From the NCBI GenBank assembly GCA_951406725.2, contig OX597822.1, positions 106,082,001 to 106,146,000 of the forward strand: DNA of 64,000 bases, read 5' to 3'. The position numbers and the translations under genes were made by a program. Origin of the DNA: Octopus vulgaris (Eukaryota). The stretch's first letter is position 1. The number at the start of each line of letters is the position of its first letter. Under the pieces are notes generated by a model. It searched no databases. It saw only the letters and a list, made by a program, of their open reading frames with translations, and had not been told where the DNA came from. This document shows positions 39,582-53,475 of the stretch, piece after piece.

Positions 39582-39968
39582 GAGGCGCAATGGCCCAATG
39601 GTTAGGGCAGCGGACTCGCGGTCGTAGGATCGCGGTTTCGATTCCCAGACCGGGCGTTGTGAGTGTTTATTGAGCGAAAACACCTAAAGCTCCACGAGGC
39701 TCCGGCAGGGATGGTGGTGATCCCTGCTGTACTCTTTCACCACAACTTTCTCTCACTCTTACTTCCTGTTTCTGTTGTACCTGTATTTCAAAGGGCCGGC
39801 CTTGTCACTCTCTGTGTCACGCTGAATATCCCCGAGAACTACGTTAAGGGTACACGTGTCTGTGGAGTGCTCAGCCACTTACACGTTAATTTCACGAGCA
39901 GGCTGTTCCGTTGGTCAGATCAACCGGAACCCTCATCGTCGTAACCGACGGAGTGCTTCCAAAAAAAA
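39582..39968 (+). mobile_element. SINE family C (tRNA-Arg-like, octopus OR-type), full length with TSD
   Basis: A box tggcccaatgg, anticodon-like ctcgcg, B-box-like ggtttcgattccc, A tail; 11-bp TSD ATGTCTGAATG at 39571-39581 and 39969-39979. Confidence 0.93.
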
Positions 39969-41104
39969 ATGTCTGAATGAATTGTCCTGAACCTATAGCC
40001 TACATCACGAAGCGAAAAGCGGTTTCTCCCAAAGGAACAGATATTTACTTAGACGAGGACGTTATAACTTCAAACATGTCATTGAAAAGGCAACGTGAAG
40101 CGTGACTGTTCCTCGACTTGTTACCAAAGGCAATCAACTCTCCCTACATTGCTTTATATGACGAAGAGGAGCTCTCGATACTAAGTTTCGAAAATTCTTA
40201 ACGAGAGATGAACATCTTTGCAACGAATGTTCTCGTAAGTTTTCTCCAACAGAACTGGTCCGGGAGTAAGAAAAAAAAGCAGCGGTAACATAAATGTAAT
40301 TTAAAGATGGATAAACCTTAATAAGAAGAATAGCACACAGATCTGTACAGATTAATTCTTGGTTTAACAACTAAAAATTAATCAAATTGAATGGAAAGGT
40401 ATTTTTTTATAAATATATAACATTTGTTGAAATTTCAAACATAAAACATTAGTGATCACATTAATCAAATTATATCAAGAAAGTCTAATTTTCAAACGAC
40501 ACTTTCAATTTTATTTGAAAACATCAAACATATTTTTCTTTTCATTTGTAAGATATTCCATTATTGCAGTTTGGGTTTTGTCGCAATAGTGCGTGCGTAT
40601 GCCTGTATGTATGAATGTATGTATGTATGTATGTCTGTATGTATGTATGTATGTATGTATGTATATGTGTATATCTACGTGTGTATGTAAGTGTGTATGT
40701 ATATACACGCACACACACTCATACTTCTTCATACAGACACACAAATGAATATATTAATACGTGATTAGATAGATAGATAGATAGATAGTTACATACACAG
40801 ATATACATTCGTACATACACAAGTAAATGCATAATTGAATGTATACATATATACATGCATGTATGTGCATATATATGTATATTTATATATATAAATATAT
40901 ATGTATATATATGAATGTATGTTTGTGTGTATATGTATATGTGTGTGTATGAATATATATGTGCGTATGTACGCATGTGTGTATGTACGTATATATAGAC
41001 ATTAATATACGTATATACATATGTATACACCCATATACATCCACATATGAAAATTAACATATTAAAGTCCATGTAAATTAAATTATATGTTACTGTATGT
41101 ATAC

Positions 41105-41140
<36 letters not shown>

Positions 41141-41300
41141 TTGCCAACATTGCAAGTTATACACATATGTGTTTCTTATCATATGCATATACGCGTGTGT
41201 ACATATGTGTATAGATATGTATATATATATAAATATATATATACGCATAAATAATTATTAATATGAATACACATACACACACACACACACACATATATAT

Positions 41301-41800
41301 GTTTCTCTTGCCCCCTTTCTTTTCTCTCTTTTCCATCACGTGACTGCTGGTCAAATCAGCCTTTTGACCTCCGACCACTGCCGTGAGAACATCGTTGTCT
41401 TCGTCTGCCGAAAAGGCAAGGCATTTTTTCCAAATACGCCAGCTAAACTTGTTGTACTGTTTATTAGTCGTAAGACACCCGCTGTTTTCGTCCTGTTTTT
41501 ACCAATATTTTTTTTTTTGTATTTCATTATTGTTTTTTGTATTTTATATTCATGTGGCATCGTCCGTTTTTCTGTCCCTGTTTCGTATACATTCGATCCT
41601 TCTTCCAAGAAATCTAATGCTCGTAGCTTAGTTTTTCCTTGGGGCTGGCCGGATCGGATCGATCTCAATATTAATCAGCCGAAATTGCTATGATGATCCG
41701 GTTCTTGACTGAAGATTGAAGGCTTCGAAAGTCCCGTCTATGTTTTTTGTATCGTCTTCTAAATGTTTTACGTTCTTGTCCCAGTTTGTATTTTTCTACA
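41301..41800. other. Unclassified ~500-bp insert between TA tracts (probable transposon-derived)
   Basis: Sharp TA-tract boundaries, CpG-retaining, strong T skew; no recognised protein motif. Confidence 0.4.
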
Positions 41801-41825
41801 TATAATATATATATATATACATATT

Positions 41826-42043
41826 TACTCTTTTATTCTTTACTCTTTTACTTGTTTCAGTCATTTGACTGCGGCCATGCTGGAGCACCACCTTTAGTCG
41901 AGCAAATCGACCCCGGGAGTTATTCTTTGTAAGCCCAGTACTTATTCTATCGGTCTCTTTTGCCGAACCGCTAAGTGACGGGGACGTAAACACACCAGCA
42001 TCGGTTGTCAAGCAATGCTAGTGGGACAAACACAGACACACAA

Positions 42044-42060
<17 letters not shown>
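41826..42060 (-). mobile_element. SINE family A, 3' half
   Basis: Near-identical to 25951-26170. Confidence 0.92.
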
Positions 42061-42093
<33 letters not shown>

Positions 42094-42374
42094 TTTTATT
42101 CCTTTACACGTATATATATATACTCTTTAAAAAAAATATATATATATACTCCTTTATACCTTTACTTGCTTTAGTCATTTGACTGCGGTCATGCTGGTGC
42201 ACCGCCTTAAGTGCGGAATCTTTTTCCCATGTCTTATCACAGGATTTACCATGTATGTCTTTTTCTGTCAATGGTTTCTATGCTCTTTTTCGATTTTCAT
42301 ATATATATATATATTCTTTTATTCCTTTACACGTATATATATATACTCTTTAAAAAAAATATATATATATACTC

Positions 42375-42750
42375 CTTTATACCTTTACTTGCTTTAGTCA
42401 TTTGACTGCGGTCATGCTGGTGCACCGCCTTAAAGGGTTTTAGTCGGAGAAATTGATCCCAGGACTTATTCTTTGTAAGCCTAGTACATATTTTATAGGT
42501 TCTTTTGCTGAACTGTTTAGTTACGAGATTAGCACACCAGCATCGATTGTCAAGTGATGGTGGGGGGGGCATACACATTCAAACACACACATGAATGTAT
42601 ACATAGATATATACGACGGGCTTTGTTCAGTTTCCGTCTACTAACTGCACTCGCAATGCTTTGGGTGACCCGAGGCTATAGTAGAAGACACTTGCCCAAG
42701 GTGCCATACAGTGGGACTGAAGTGAGCTTCTCACCACACAGTCACGCCTG
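42375..42750 (-). mobile_element. SINE family A, older copy
   Basis: Tail, core and head present, with a deletion in the head. Confidence 0.85.
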
Positions 42751-42829
42751 CACATATATGATATATATATATATGATGAATTGTAAGCATTTTATATTTT
42801 TTATTTCGCTCAAGTATATTATTTTTGAT

Positions 42830-43628
42830 TTTGTCTAGTACACTGTAGTAGGGGCAGTTGGGCACCGTCTATGAGAAACACGGCACTATGACGCAATTCG
42901 CTCTGCCAGAAATTTGGAAACGACATTCTGTACTGACTGGTATTCGCGCTGGGAGCTCCAATACGAATATTTCAGAATGTTTGGATGTCAGTCTGAGGAG
43001 AGTGCAATCTGAGGACATGCACCGAGAGTGATAAAAATCAAACATCAGGTCAACATCATGGTGTTTGGAGTGATTACTAATAACGGTGACGTTATCCCTC
43101 TATTCATCTTTCTACACAGCCTCAACACGGTGGCCTACATAACAAGCCTGGAGGAGGTAGTGCTGCTCTGGGTGAAGATGGTGGCTGCTGGAAGATCCTA
43201 CTTCTGGCAACAGGAGACTTTACCATACCGCACAAGCAGGAGAACCCAGGTACGGCTGTCAGACAATTTTCTGCGACCACATCAATCCTAACATCTGGCC
43301 ATCTAACTCCCCAGACACCAACTCCCTTGATTACTATGCGTGGTGCGCAGTTGAGCGAAAGACCAACATAACTCTTTATAACAACAAAGACGAACTGAAG
43401 GCAAGGATTATGGCAACATTCATCAACTTAAACAACGATACCGTCCTGAAAACTTGCAGGATATTCTAAGTTCGTCTGCAGGCCGTGGTTGAAACCAATG
43501 GCGATTTTATAGAATGAATTTACTCTCAAGATATTTTTATGCTATTTTGGTAATTATACCTGCAAAAGTGAGATGTCAGTGTTATTTTGATTTTTGCGAA
43601 ATATAGACGACAGTTTATTCACTGCACC

Positions 43629-43631
<3 letters not shown>
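42830..43631 (+). mobile_element. Tc1/mariner-superfamily relic of DD37D (maT)-like type
   Basis: IMVFGVITNNGDV...YFWQQE...NIWPSNSPDTNSLDYYAW (WPPxSPDxNPLDY motif); right end cagtttattcactgcaccctg|TA. Confidence 0.85.
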
Positions 43632-43708
<77 letters not shown>

Positions 43709-43767
43709 GTATATATATATGTATATATATGTATATATATATATATGTATATGTATGTATATGTATA

Positions 43768-43806
<39 letters not shown>

Positions 43807-44097
43807 ATGTATGTATATATGATATTTGTGTGTATATATATGTATATATGTATATATGTGTGTGTATATATATATACGTATATATATTTATATGTGTATG
43901 TATATATATATATGTACGTATATATATTTATATGTGTATATATATATGCATATATGTATATATATATATATATACATGTATATGCATGTATATAAACATG
44001 CATATATATATATATATATGCATATACATATGTATATATATTCATATATATCTATGCACCCATGTATGTATCTATTTATATATATGCATATAAATAT
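43632..44097. repeat. Degenerate (TA/TG)n field
   Basis: Direct inspection. Confidence 0.95.
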
Positions 44098-44634
44098 AAA
44101 ATCAAAAGGAATGAAACAAGCAGTGTATGTCAGATGAATATGAACGTCTAGTTACTTTTATTGAAATGAACTTCACTACACTTTTATTACTCAGTTTCCT
44201 TGTTAAAACTTAGATTTGGCGAGACATCTGACAAATATCAATAAATGAGTCACCATTATCTTGCATATCACATTTTCTTTTCAGTTTGTTTCATGCTTCA
44301 GAGCTGTTTCAACAGTCAATAACAAAGGAGTCACGCTAGCACAAAAGACTAGCAGGAACCTCTTCTGTTATTGAATATTTGCGTCTCTGTTGTCGTTTTA
44401 TTGATTATAAATATTTGCTCTGAATCTACTGTGTTAAAAGAAATTTGATTCCTCTAATTCCACCGATTCCCTTCTTGAATTAGATCCATTGGCATCTTCA
44501 GAATTCCATCTATTTTTATATTAATCCCTACTTTGTAATTGCAATACGACTTACAGCGATTTCTTCACGTTCGCCTTTCACGTGATTTTCTCATACATAC
44601 AATATATATATATATATTCATATATATACATATA

Positions 44635-44666
<32 letters not shown>

Positions 44667-44694
44667 AGAGAGAGAGAGAGATACATATATATGT

Positions 44695-44736
<42 letters not shown>

Positions 44737-45390
44737 TCATATATATGCATATATATATATATACATATTCATATATATGCATATATATATATATATATAT
44801 AAATATATACATATTCATATATATGCATATATATATATATATGTACATATATATATAAATAGATACATATATATGTTGAGATGTATATATATGTATATGT
44901 ATATATGTCATTATTCGAATGCTTTTCACCACATCACGTACATTATACGTTTGTACTTCTGCGCTTTCTGATTCTTAGACTCGGTTACAGAGAATGTAGT
45001 TATTATCCAGCTGCTGTACACAGATATTGTGTTGCAGTATTATGCAAACACATGCACATAAAAATCACATACATCCATATTAAGATATGTAAATTTGTTT
45101 CCTCTTACAGGCAATTATAAACATATGAAACTTTGTCAGCATTATTCAAATACACTGAAGGAGAAAATAGGCACAATCAAATGACCATATCCTCACGTTA
45201 CGTTCATGTACACACACACACAAACTCACTCTCTCTCTCTCGCTCGCTCTCTCCCTTTCTATCTTCTTCTTTCTTCCTCTCTCCCACCCTCTCCCTGTCT
45301 CTCTCTCCCTCTCCCTTACTCCGTCTCAGACACACATGCATATACATACATATTTATAAATATACTCACACTACACGCACACATGTATAC

Positions 45391-45434
<44 letters not shown>

Positions 45435-45460
45435 TATAATAATAATAATAATAATAATAT

Positions 45461-45780
45461 TAGGGAGTAAATCCAAACTTACAGGAAAAAATTAGATTTA
45501 GGATTAAATCAAATTTCACAGTATAAGTATAAATATAAATTATATTAGAGGTAAAACCACTATTAGGCAAATCAAAAATTTATAAATTTAAAATTTAAAA
45601 AATATTAAAAAATTATAAAAATGTATAAATATAAATTAAGAATTATAAATTTAAATGATTTAATTTTAAATTTTATACTTTATATATTTTGTATATTATA
45701 CTAATTATATTTATTTTTATGTTTTGGTTTATGTTTTTCACTGTTTGATTTGCCTAATAGTGGTTTTATCTCTAATATAA
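45461..45780. mobile_element. Family D asymmetric fold-back insert
   Basis: tagggagtaaatccaaacttacagg...tattagaggtaaaaccactattaggcaaatcaaa (45543-45576), then inverted tttgatttgcctaatagtggttttatctctaata (45744-45777). Confidence 0.8.
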
Positions 45781-45782
45781 TT

Positions 45783-45813
<31 letters not shown>

Positions 45814-45838
45814 GTGTGTGTGTGTGTGTGTGCGTGTG

Positions 45839-45868
<30 letters not shown>

Positions 45869-45869
<1 letters not shown>

Positions 45870-46215
45870 ACGTGGGGGTACCCAAAAGAAACCATAATTA
45901 TGCAATATTGTTTCATTCACTTCGTTTTATATGTTTACGCTTTTATCGCCTCTTCAGAGTATTCTCCATTTGAAGCAGAGCATAAGTCAAGAAGCGCGTT
46001 TTCAGCTTTTCGAAGCGGTGCTGAAACTCTTGCGAATTGGTTCCTTTTGATGCCTCCATCGTCTTTTTTTTTTCATCTCTTCTACATCTTCAAATTGCGT
46101 AGCACCAGCTTTTGTCACCAGTGATGACCTTCGAAAAAAGATCCGGATCAACTTCCAACTATTCTTTCAGTAAACGACACGCATTCAGTTGTGACTGCTT
46201 TTGATGTTTCCGTCT
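45869..46215 (-). mobile_element. Mariner-like 3' end fragment
   Basis: Terminal tacgtgggggtacccaaaag and minus-strand C-terminal peptide ..CSASNGEYSEE, typical of mariner ends. Confidence 0.6.
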
Positions 46216-46224
46216 TCTGATTGA

Positions 46225-46560
46225 GGTCATGCTGGAGCACCGCCTGTACCCAAAGAAATCGACCCAAAGCCTTATTCTTTGTAAGCCTAGTACTTATTCT
46301 ATCGGTCTCTTTTGCCGAACAGTGAAGCTACGGGGACAAAAATACAAAAAAAAATAGGATGAAAGGCAAAGTCGACCTCGGGGGAATTTGAACTCAAAAC
46401 GTAGTGGCACACGAAATACCGCTAAGCATTTCGCCCGGCTAACGTTTCTGCCAACTCGCAGCCTCAGAAAATATAATATATTAGAAGCAGAAGATTTAGA
46501 CAAATACATCTTCGGCGAGATTTGAACTCTGAACGTAGAAGGCCGTAACGAAATACAACT
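46225..46560 (-). mobile_element. Nested fragments of SINE A (46225-46340) and SINE B (46355-46465, 46510-46560)
   Basis: catgctggagcaccgcc...ctatcggtctcttttgccgaac; ggatgaaaggcaaagtcgacctcgggggaatttgaactc. Confidence 0.8.
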
Positions 46561-47589
46561 ATAGGTTCCTAATAATGAAATTAACACTGTAATGATAATA
46601 AAAGATCGCCGGGTATCGTTTAATGGAGAAAAACATGGGCTGCTTGATAACGCTTCTTGATTGCTCTGAATAAATATCCATTAGCACCGATTAAATAACA
46701 ACGAATCAGATTGAACACAAAGTAATGAAAATTGTTAATGATAAAGCAGAGTATGTAATACATTTGATTTGTTACTGAACTGATATCGATTTTTTACCTC
46801 ATATCAGTAATGCATTGCAAAAGTTTGTACTGGTCAGCTACCGGCCACCACGTAACATAGGATAAACTGACAACAATAGCACGTCGATTCCGTCTTCATA
46901 CACGCACGCACAGAAAAATACGAGACACACAATACAAATAAAGCCATATTATTCTGTCTAAGGTTAGAAAGGGAATGTACACATTGAAGTCGATGCATAA
47001 AAAGTACGATAACAAAGCGTCCAAATCGCTGCATTTCCAGAAGGAAACAAACCGGCCATTGACAAAAATGGTGATAATCTAAATAAAAGGCTTTGAATTT
47101 ACTACAGAACTCCGTGAAATATAATAGAAATGGACGTGGAAGTATACATTTCTGTGCTATACACATAATTTATTCTAACACTTAACCCCTAAAATCAGTG
47201 CGATGACGTTTTCGATGGTAGGTGCCTTGTAAATGAATTTGAAAGATGAAGACATGATTTAAGCATATACAAACACACGAAATAGCAGCAGTAGACAGAG
47301 TACAAAGATTATGCACTTTCAGTGCAATACAAAGCATGTAACCAAAGCACAAAATCCACGTTTTGAAGGTGCACATAGCTGCACTTTATTGTGCGGTAGC
47401 AAAACACAATATTATTCTTTTTAATTGCGCTCTTAGGCGCCGAATCGGGGACTAACTAAAGCTTTGCGCTTGCAAATTTACATATTACTTTTAAATTTTG
47501 GTGCAAGACCAGTAATTTTCGGAGGAGTGGGTAAATTGATTATTTCGACCACGGTGCGCTTACTGGCACTTATTTCAACGATCTCAAAT

Positions 47590-47990
47590 GAATGTATGCC
47601 ATTATGCGGCAAAATACATGGCATTGGTTAACAGAAAGCGAACTCTTCTGCAGCAAGACAAGGCAAGACGTCAAACCGCTCGAAGGATCTGGAATAAACT
47701 CCAGCATCTTGAGAGAATCGAATTGTTGCTACACCCAGCATATAGTTCTGACCTAGCTCCCTCGGTTTATGATTTGTTGCAATAGATGGCCCATCATTTT
47801 CTGCGCTCGTGACGCTTAATCAACCAAGAAAAAATGGCAGCCTCAGTGAAGGAGCTCATCGGCTCGAAGGATAAGAACTGGTTTCGGCGCAGGATCAAAG
47901 AACTAGCAAAAAGATAGCTTCAAACAGTACATTTTCAGGAATAAAGCAAATTAGTTACCAAAATATTGCAAAACGTTTTGACTCACAATA
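47590..47990 (+). mobile_element. Mariner transposase C-terminal relic
   Basis: LLQQDKARRQTA...LLLHPAYSSDLAPSVYDLL (HDNARPH...HPPYSPDLAPSDY motif). Confidence 0.85.
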
Positions 47991-48029
47991 CAAGTGAAGC
48001 AACTTCTGCTCAAGAATGGCTTGTGGCTT

Positions 48030-48482
<453 letters not shown>

Positions 48483-48487
48483 ACTAA

Positions 48488-48545
<58 letters not shown>

Positions 48546-49904
48546 ACCAATAAATCGTTTTCAATTTTCGATACACAACTAAATGCCATTTGAGGAACTA
48601 AAAGTAGAATTTTTTTCTAATGTAATACTGTTACTATAGTATTATTGTGTTATGTGTTGTATGTGTATTATTCTAAGTTGTTAATTGGTAGAATTGTTAT
48701 TCCATCGGATAGAATTCCTGTATTTGTTTCACCTCTTTTCATATTGACTTCAAATATTGCCGACGTCAACTTTGCTTCCTATTATTTCGGATCCGAAAAA
48801 TAAACTTCAGAATGATGGAATTCCTGGAATTGTTAGTCTTGAGTTATACTCGGACATCAATATCCGTAGCGACACTGTTGCCAAGTTATATCGGCCTTAT
48901 TTTCTGTGGTCAACATCGGTAGAACAGGAGGAGATATTTTGGCATGGGCAAATCTTCCATAGATAAAGCCTTGTCTAGGCCTCCAAATTAGAGTGGAATT
49001 TTCTAGCTGCGCATCTATAATCTCACGCGACCATGGGTACGCATCGTTTCCGTAGCCTCTTATTTTATAATCATTAATATTTTATTACCACTAATTATTT
49101 ATTACCTCTGATTCCGTTGTTATCGTTGGTGTATAGTCCTCATTCAACCTTACAGAGTATGCACAAGGTCAAAGATAAATCAGTCTTCAAATTTCCTTTT
49201 TATTTATATATGAATACCTATGCTGTTTCCGCCCGTTTTTAGAGGAGCATTCAGTGAGTTGATGAATATTTGGCTGATATTTTTAACAGATCACGAAGCA
49301 CGTAGATATTCCCTTGTTAGAATAACTTTATTAAGCGCTGTTGTTCCTGCAGCTTGGCTCCGTTGTGGTTTCTTTGTATATATATACAATTATAGTAAGT
49401 TAAATTGTATTCAACTGCACTTGCAATCAAAATCGTATGTTATAGCTATCATATCTACGCGTCAAGAGCGCGCCTGTATGTCAAAATGGTGTGTAGGAAA
49501 ATATCTGTTCGTCGGCCGCCATTTTCCTCAATCTCTCCATCGTCTTATTCAACATATTTGAACAAATTCATTACACATTGTTCCCCAATGATTTCTTTTA
49601 CCATTAACGATCAACAACTTCCAACACTGTTCCTGTTAACTTAACTCTCCCTTGGATATTTGATACAGTTTCTAGCCACAAGTTAATTATATGCAAAATT
49701 AATACAAAATATACTTTTCTTTGTCATTATGTGTTGACCCAAAAGCAAGATTATAATGAATGTGAATAATTTGTTTTCTTAATATACCAACTCTAAAATA
49801 ATTTCTTCTGAATGATTAATTATATTTGCTGACCATTTGTATTGAAATAATGCTCACATGTTTTATTAAATTTGAAAGGGAATCTTTGTATATACATACA
49901 TACA

Positions 49905-49975
<71 letters not shown>

Positions 49976-51316
49976 TATTGTTCCTGTTTGAATACAAAAT
50001 CGATCAATCTATCTTCGAATGGCGACAGAAGTTCTACTGGGAGGAGGAATCAAAAACGCTGGTAACATAATCAATATGTGTGTGTGTGTGTGCGTGCGAG
50101 TGTGTGTGTGTGTATGTGTGTGAGTGTGTGTGTGTGGAATTAAATAAAATGAAATAAACCTATTCGTAAAAGATGGAACAAAATTACAAAAAAATGAATG
50201 GACGGGAAAGAGGGTAAATATTGAAAGTATCAACGAATAATAGGTGTAATTCTATGATCCATTATTGGTGAAGGATTAATTCGATTGTAAGAACTGACCT
50301 GAAATGGATTAGCTGTAAAATTGTATTTCTAAAGCATATGGTCGAGGTACTATAGAGGAACTTGCTCAACGGCAAACAACAACGTATTAGGAACGAGGAT
50401 CAGTTTATAGAGAAGTAATTGGCTGAATATTTGAAGGAGGAGCGAGAGAATAAAATGAAGAGGAGTATGGTTTATATGGGCAAAGATAGTAAATCACAGC
50501 AATGTTAATAAACTGTAATCGTGATGACAGCAGTAAAAGTACTGGTGTTTCTATTCCTTTATATGATGGTGTTTAGAGAGCTTGATGGTGGCGGATGAAG
50601 TAGGAATGAAGACGGGGAAAACATTAAATTACTAAGAAAGATATGAAACAAAAATAAGAACTAATTGTAAGCAATGAAATAAAAAACGATATTTACAAGT
50701 GTAAAAACAAAGGGAGAAAAACTGATAAATTCAATTTAAAACACTTATTCACAGAGTATTAGTTCATGAAAATAAAAAAAAGCAAATAGAAAACTTCAAG
50801 AACATTTCTTCACAGTCCATCATTTTTAACAAGGCATTTCCATCATGCTCCAACAATAATAACATTGTCCAAGAGATTTGATGATTGAGAAAAAAATTGT
50901 TTAATTGTTGGTATTATCTCTCGGATTAAGTGAAAATCACGCCCAGTTCGATTTTATTTCTCAATCTGTTTGCTTTGGTAGTTTTTATAGCATCAAGCAA
51001 TAAGTTGTCTCGTTGTTATTTGATACTTTCTTCATTCCGCACGTTGTTCAAGAACAAATCTGATTTAGCAAATATAAATGTGTTCTGAAGAAATTCACAC
51101 CAATCTCAGATGATGGAAGCATGAATTACGTGAAAACTAGTCTTGATTATCGAACGCAAACCAATATTAGCAACGTTATTAACCTTGCACAGCATCTCCA
51201 GCATCCTCCAACTCGACGCCATCTTCAACTCTCTCCGTCTCTTTATCTCTCCTTCTCTCTCTCTCTTCTTCCTAATTTTCCTTCTTTATTCCCTTTCACC
51301 GGTTTATTTCCTTTCC

Positions 51317-51334
51317 CCATCATCATCCTCATCC

Positions 51335-51365
<31 letters not shown>

Positions 51366-51417
51366 CATCATCGTCCTCATCATCATCATCATCATCATCA
51401 CCATCATCATCATCACC

Positions 51418-51448
<31 letters not shown>

Positions 51449-51501
51449 CCATCATCATCGCCATCATCACCATCATCATCACCATCATCATCACCATCAT
51501 C

Positions 51502-51532
<31 letters not shown>

Positions 51533-51554
51533 CCATCATCATCGCCATCATCAC

Positions 51555-51592
<38 letters not shown>

Positions 51593-51660
51593 ATAACATC
51601 ATCGTCGTCGCCGTCGCCACCATCATCATCAGCAGCATCATTATGAGCACCATTAGCATC
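51317..51660. repeat. (CAT)n trinucleotide repeat with CAC/CGC/CCT interruptions
   Basis: Direct inspection; source of the poly-I, poly-S and poly-M ORFs. Confidence 0.95.
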
Positions 51661-51868
51661 TAGATACTGCCTTTCGCATATCTTTAGAGAAAATATCTAT
51701 CGGTTTCAGGCCTTATCTGAAGCTGTTGTAACACGAACAATTCCCCCCTCTTTCATTCTCTTTCCCACTCTCCTCATTCCTCTCCCTCCCTTTCCCTCTT
51801 TCCCATTGTTTATATATATAACCATATATATATATATATATATAACAAAGTGGAGTTGTGGGGCACCG

Positions 51869-51899
<31 letters not shown>

Positions 51900-52012
51900 A
51901 AATATACATTCATACATACACACATATACACACACACGCACCCACTCACATCCACGCACAACACACACAATTATATATATATATATATATATATGACCTG
52001 AATCACAGCAAT

Positions 52013-52072
<60 letters not shown>

Positions 52073-52511
52073 TATGTATGTATGTATGCATGTATATTCA
52101 TACATAAACACAACATTACCCCAACTGATACGATATGCTAGTAAAATAGTTCCTGTGAAGTATTAACGTCTCTTTTTGATTAAATCATTTCGAGGTCACT
52201 ATAAGGTCTTTGAATTACTGCCTCTTTTGAACGTGATATTTCCACGAGATGCCAATTTTATATATAAAAAAAAATCATTTAACTCTAATCTCTATTTACT
52301 CGACGGTTCTCTCCCCTCCACAACGTGCTATACTGTCTTTTTGCTTATTGTACGTGGAATACAACAGTCGAACCCCAATCAATACACCAGTTACTCAGTG
52401 CTTTGTTAATTGCAGTATACACATCCAGTGTAGGAAAAATGTTTCTTTTTTTTCTCTAAAGGAATATGGCTTCGACCCTCAGTTATAAAGCATTTAACTT
52501 TGCAAACTTTC

Positions 52512-52693
52512 AGGCGCAGGAGTGGCCGTGTGGTAAGTAGCTTGCTTAACAACCGCATGGTTCAGGGTTCACTCCCACTGCGTGACACCTTGCGCAAGTG
52601 TCTTCTACTATAGCCTCGGGCCGACCAAAGCCTTGAGAGTGGATTTGGTAGACGGAAACTGAAAGAAGCCCGTCGTATATATGTATATATGCG

Positions 52694-52753
<60 letters not shown>

Positions 52754-52847
52754 TGTTTGTACCCCCAACCTGCCTTGACAACTGATGCTGGTGTGTTTAC
52801 TTTCCCGTAACTTAACGGTTCGGCAAAAGAAACTGATAGAATAAGTA
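52512..52847 (+). mobile_element. SINE family A, 3'-truncated
   Basis: aggcgcaggagtggccgtgtggtaag...ggttcactccc...cggttcggcaaaagaaactgatagaataagta. Confidence 0.9.
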
Positions 52848-53254
52848 ATATAAAGAAGTGCGAAATGAACTGATGTTATTATTACAATATATAGTGTATA
52901 CACACACACACAAACATATATCCGCATATATATATATATGCATATATATATATATATATATAGGTTAATTTGTATTGATAAGGTCTAATAAGAGCGATAT
53001 AACGTTATCTGCAGCTACTATGACACCCAAAATGAGAACAAAGTGAATTTTAAGTTAATATTATTTGATATGTTCCCTCACTCATAAGAAAAAAAACTCG
53101 CATAATAATAAAGCAAAGACAAAAAAGTTTATTAGCTCTAAGCAGTTTTCTTCCCTTAAAAGAACTTTCTTCCCACTCACTTCTTTTTCTTATCAAACTC
53201 TATCTCTCTTTTTCTTACTATGGAAGCTACATAGATCGGTAGCCACTACATACA

Positions 53255-53413
53255 TTTTTTTCTCTACTTGTTTCTTTCCGTGTTCCTTTCTGTGGAAGAG
53301 CTTAGGCTCAAAACGTAAAAGACTTTTTCAATTCCTGAACCTTATACTAATACATCTGTTTGTTTTCAACACTACCTGTCTTCGTCTTTTGTTTTTTTTT
53401 TCGTGAATTCTGC

Positions 53414-53418
<5 letters not shown>
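53255..53418 (+). mobile_element. Family E-related insert with hammerhead variant
   Basis: cttt-CTGTGGA-A-GAGC-TTAG-GCTC-AAAAC-GTA-aaag (53286-53321); runs into (TA)n at 53418. Confidence 0.6.

Positions 53419-53475
<57 letters not shown>

Noticed and set aside
39582-39655. Possible tRNA-Arg gene
   Set aside because: It is the head of a TSD-flanked SINE with continuing body and paralogs; it does not form a convincing complete cloverleaf.
41705-41740. CTGAAGA-tt-GAAGGCTTC-GAAAGTC
   Set aside because: Wrong spacing, a 1-nt stem II loop, and no stem I or III.
48757-49085. Open frames of about 70 codons on both strands in unique sequence
   Set aside because: No recognisable motif and no convincing splice sites; length is within chance expectation.
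51121-51663. 180-aa poly-Ile, 167-aa poly-Ser and 138-aa poly-Met ORFs
   Set aside because: All are frames of one (CAT)n microsatellite; no flanking domain or splice support.
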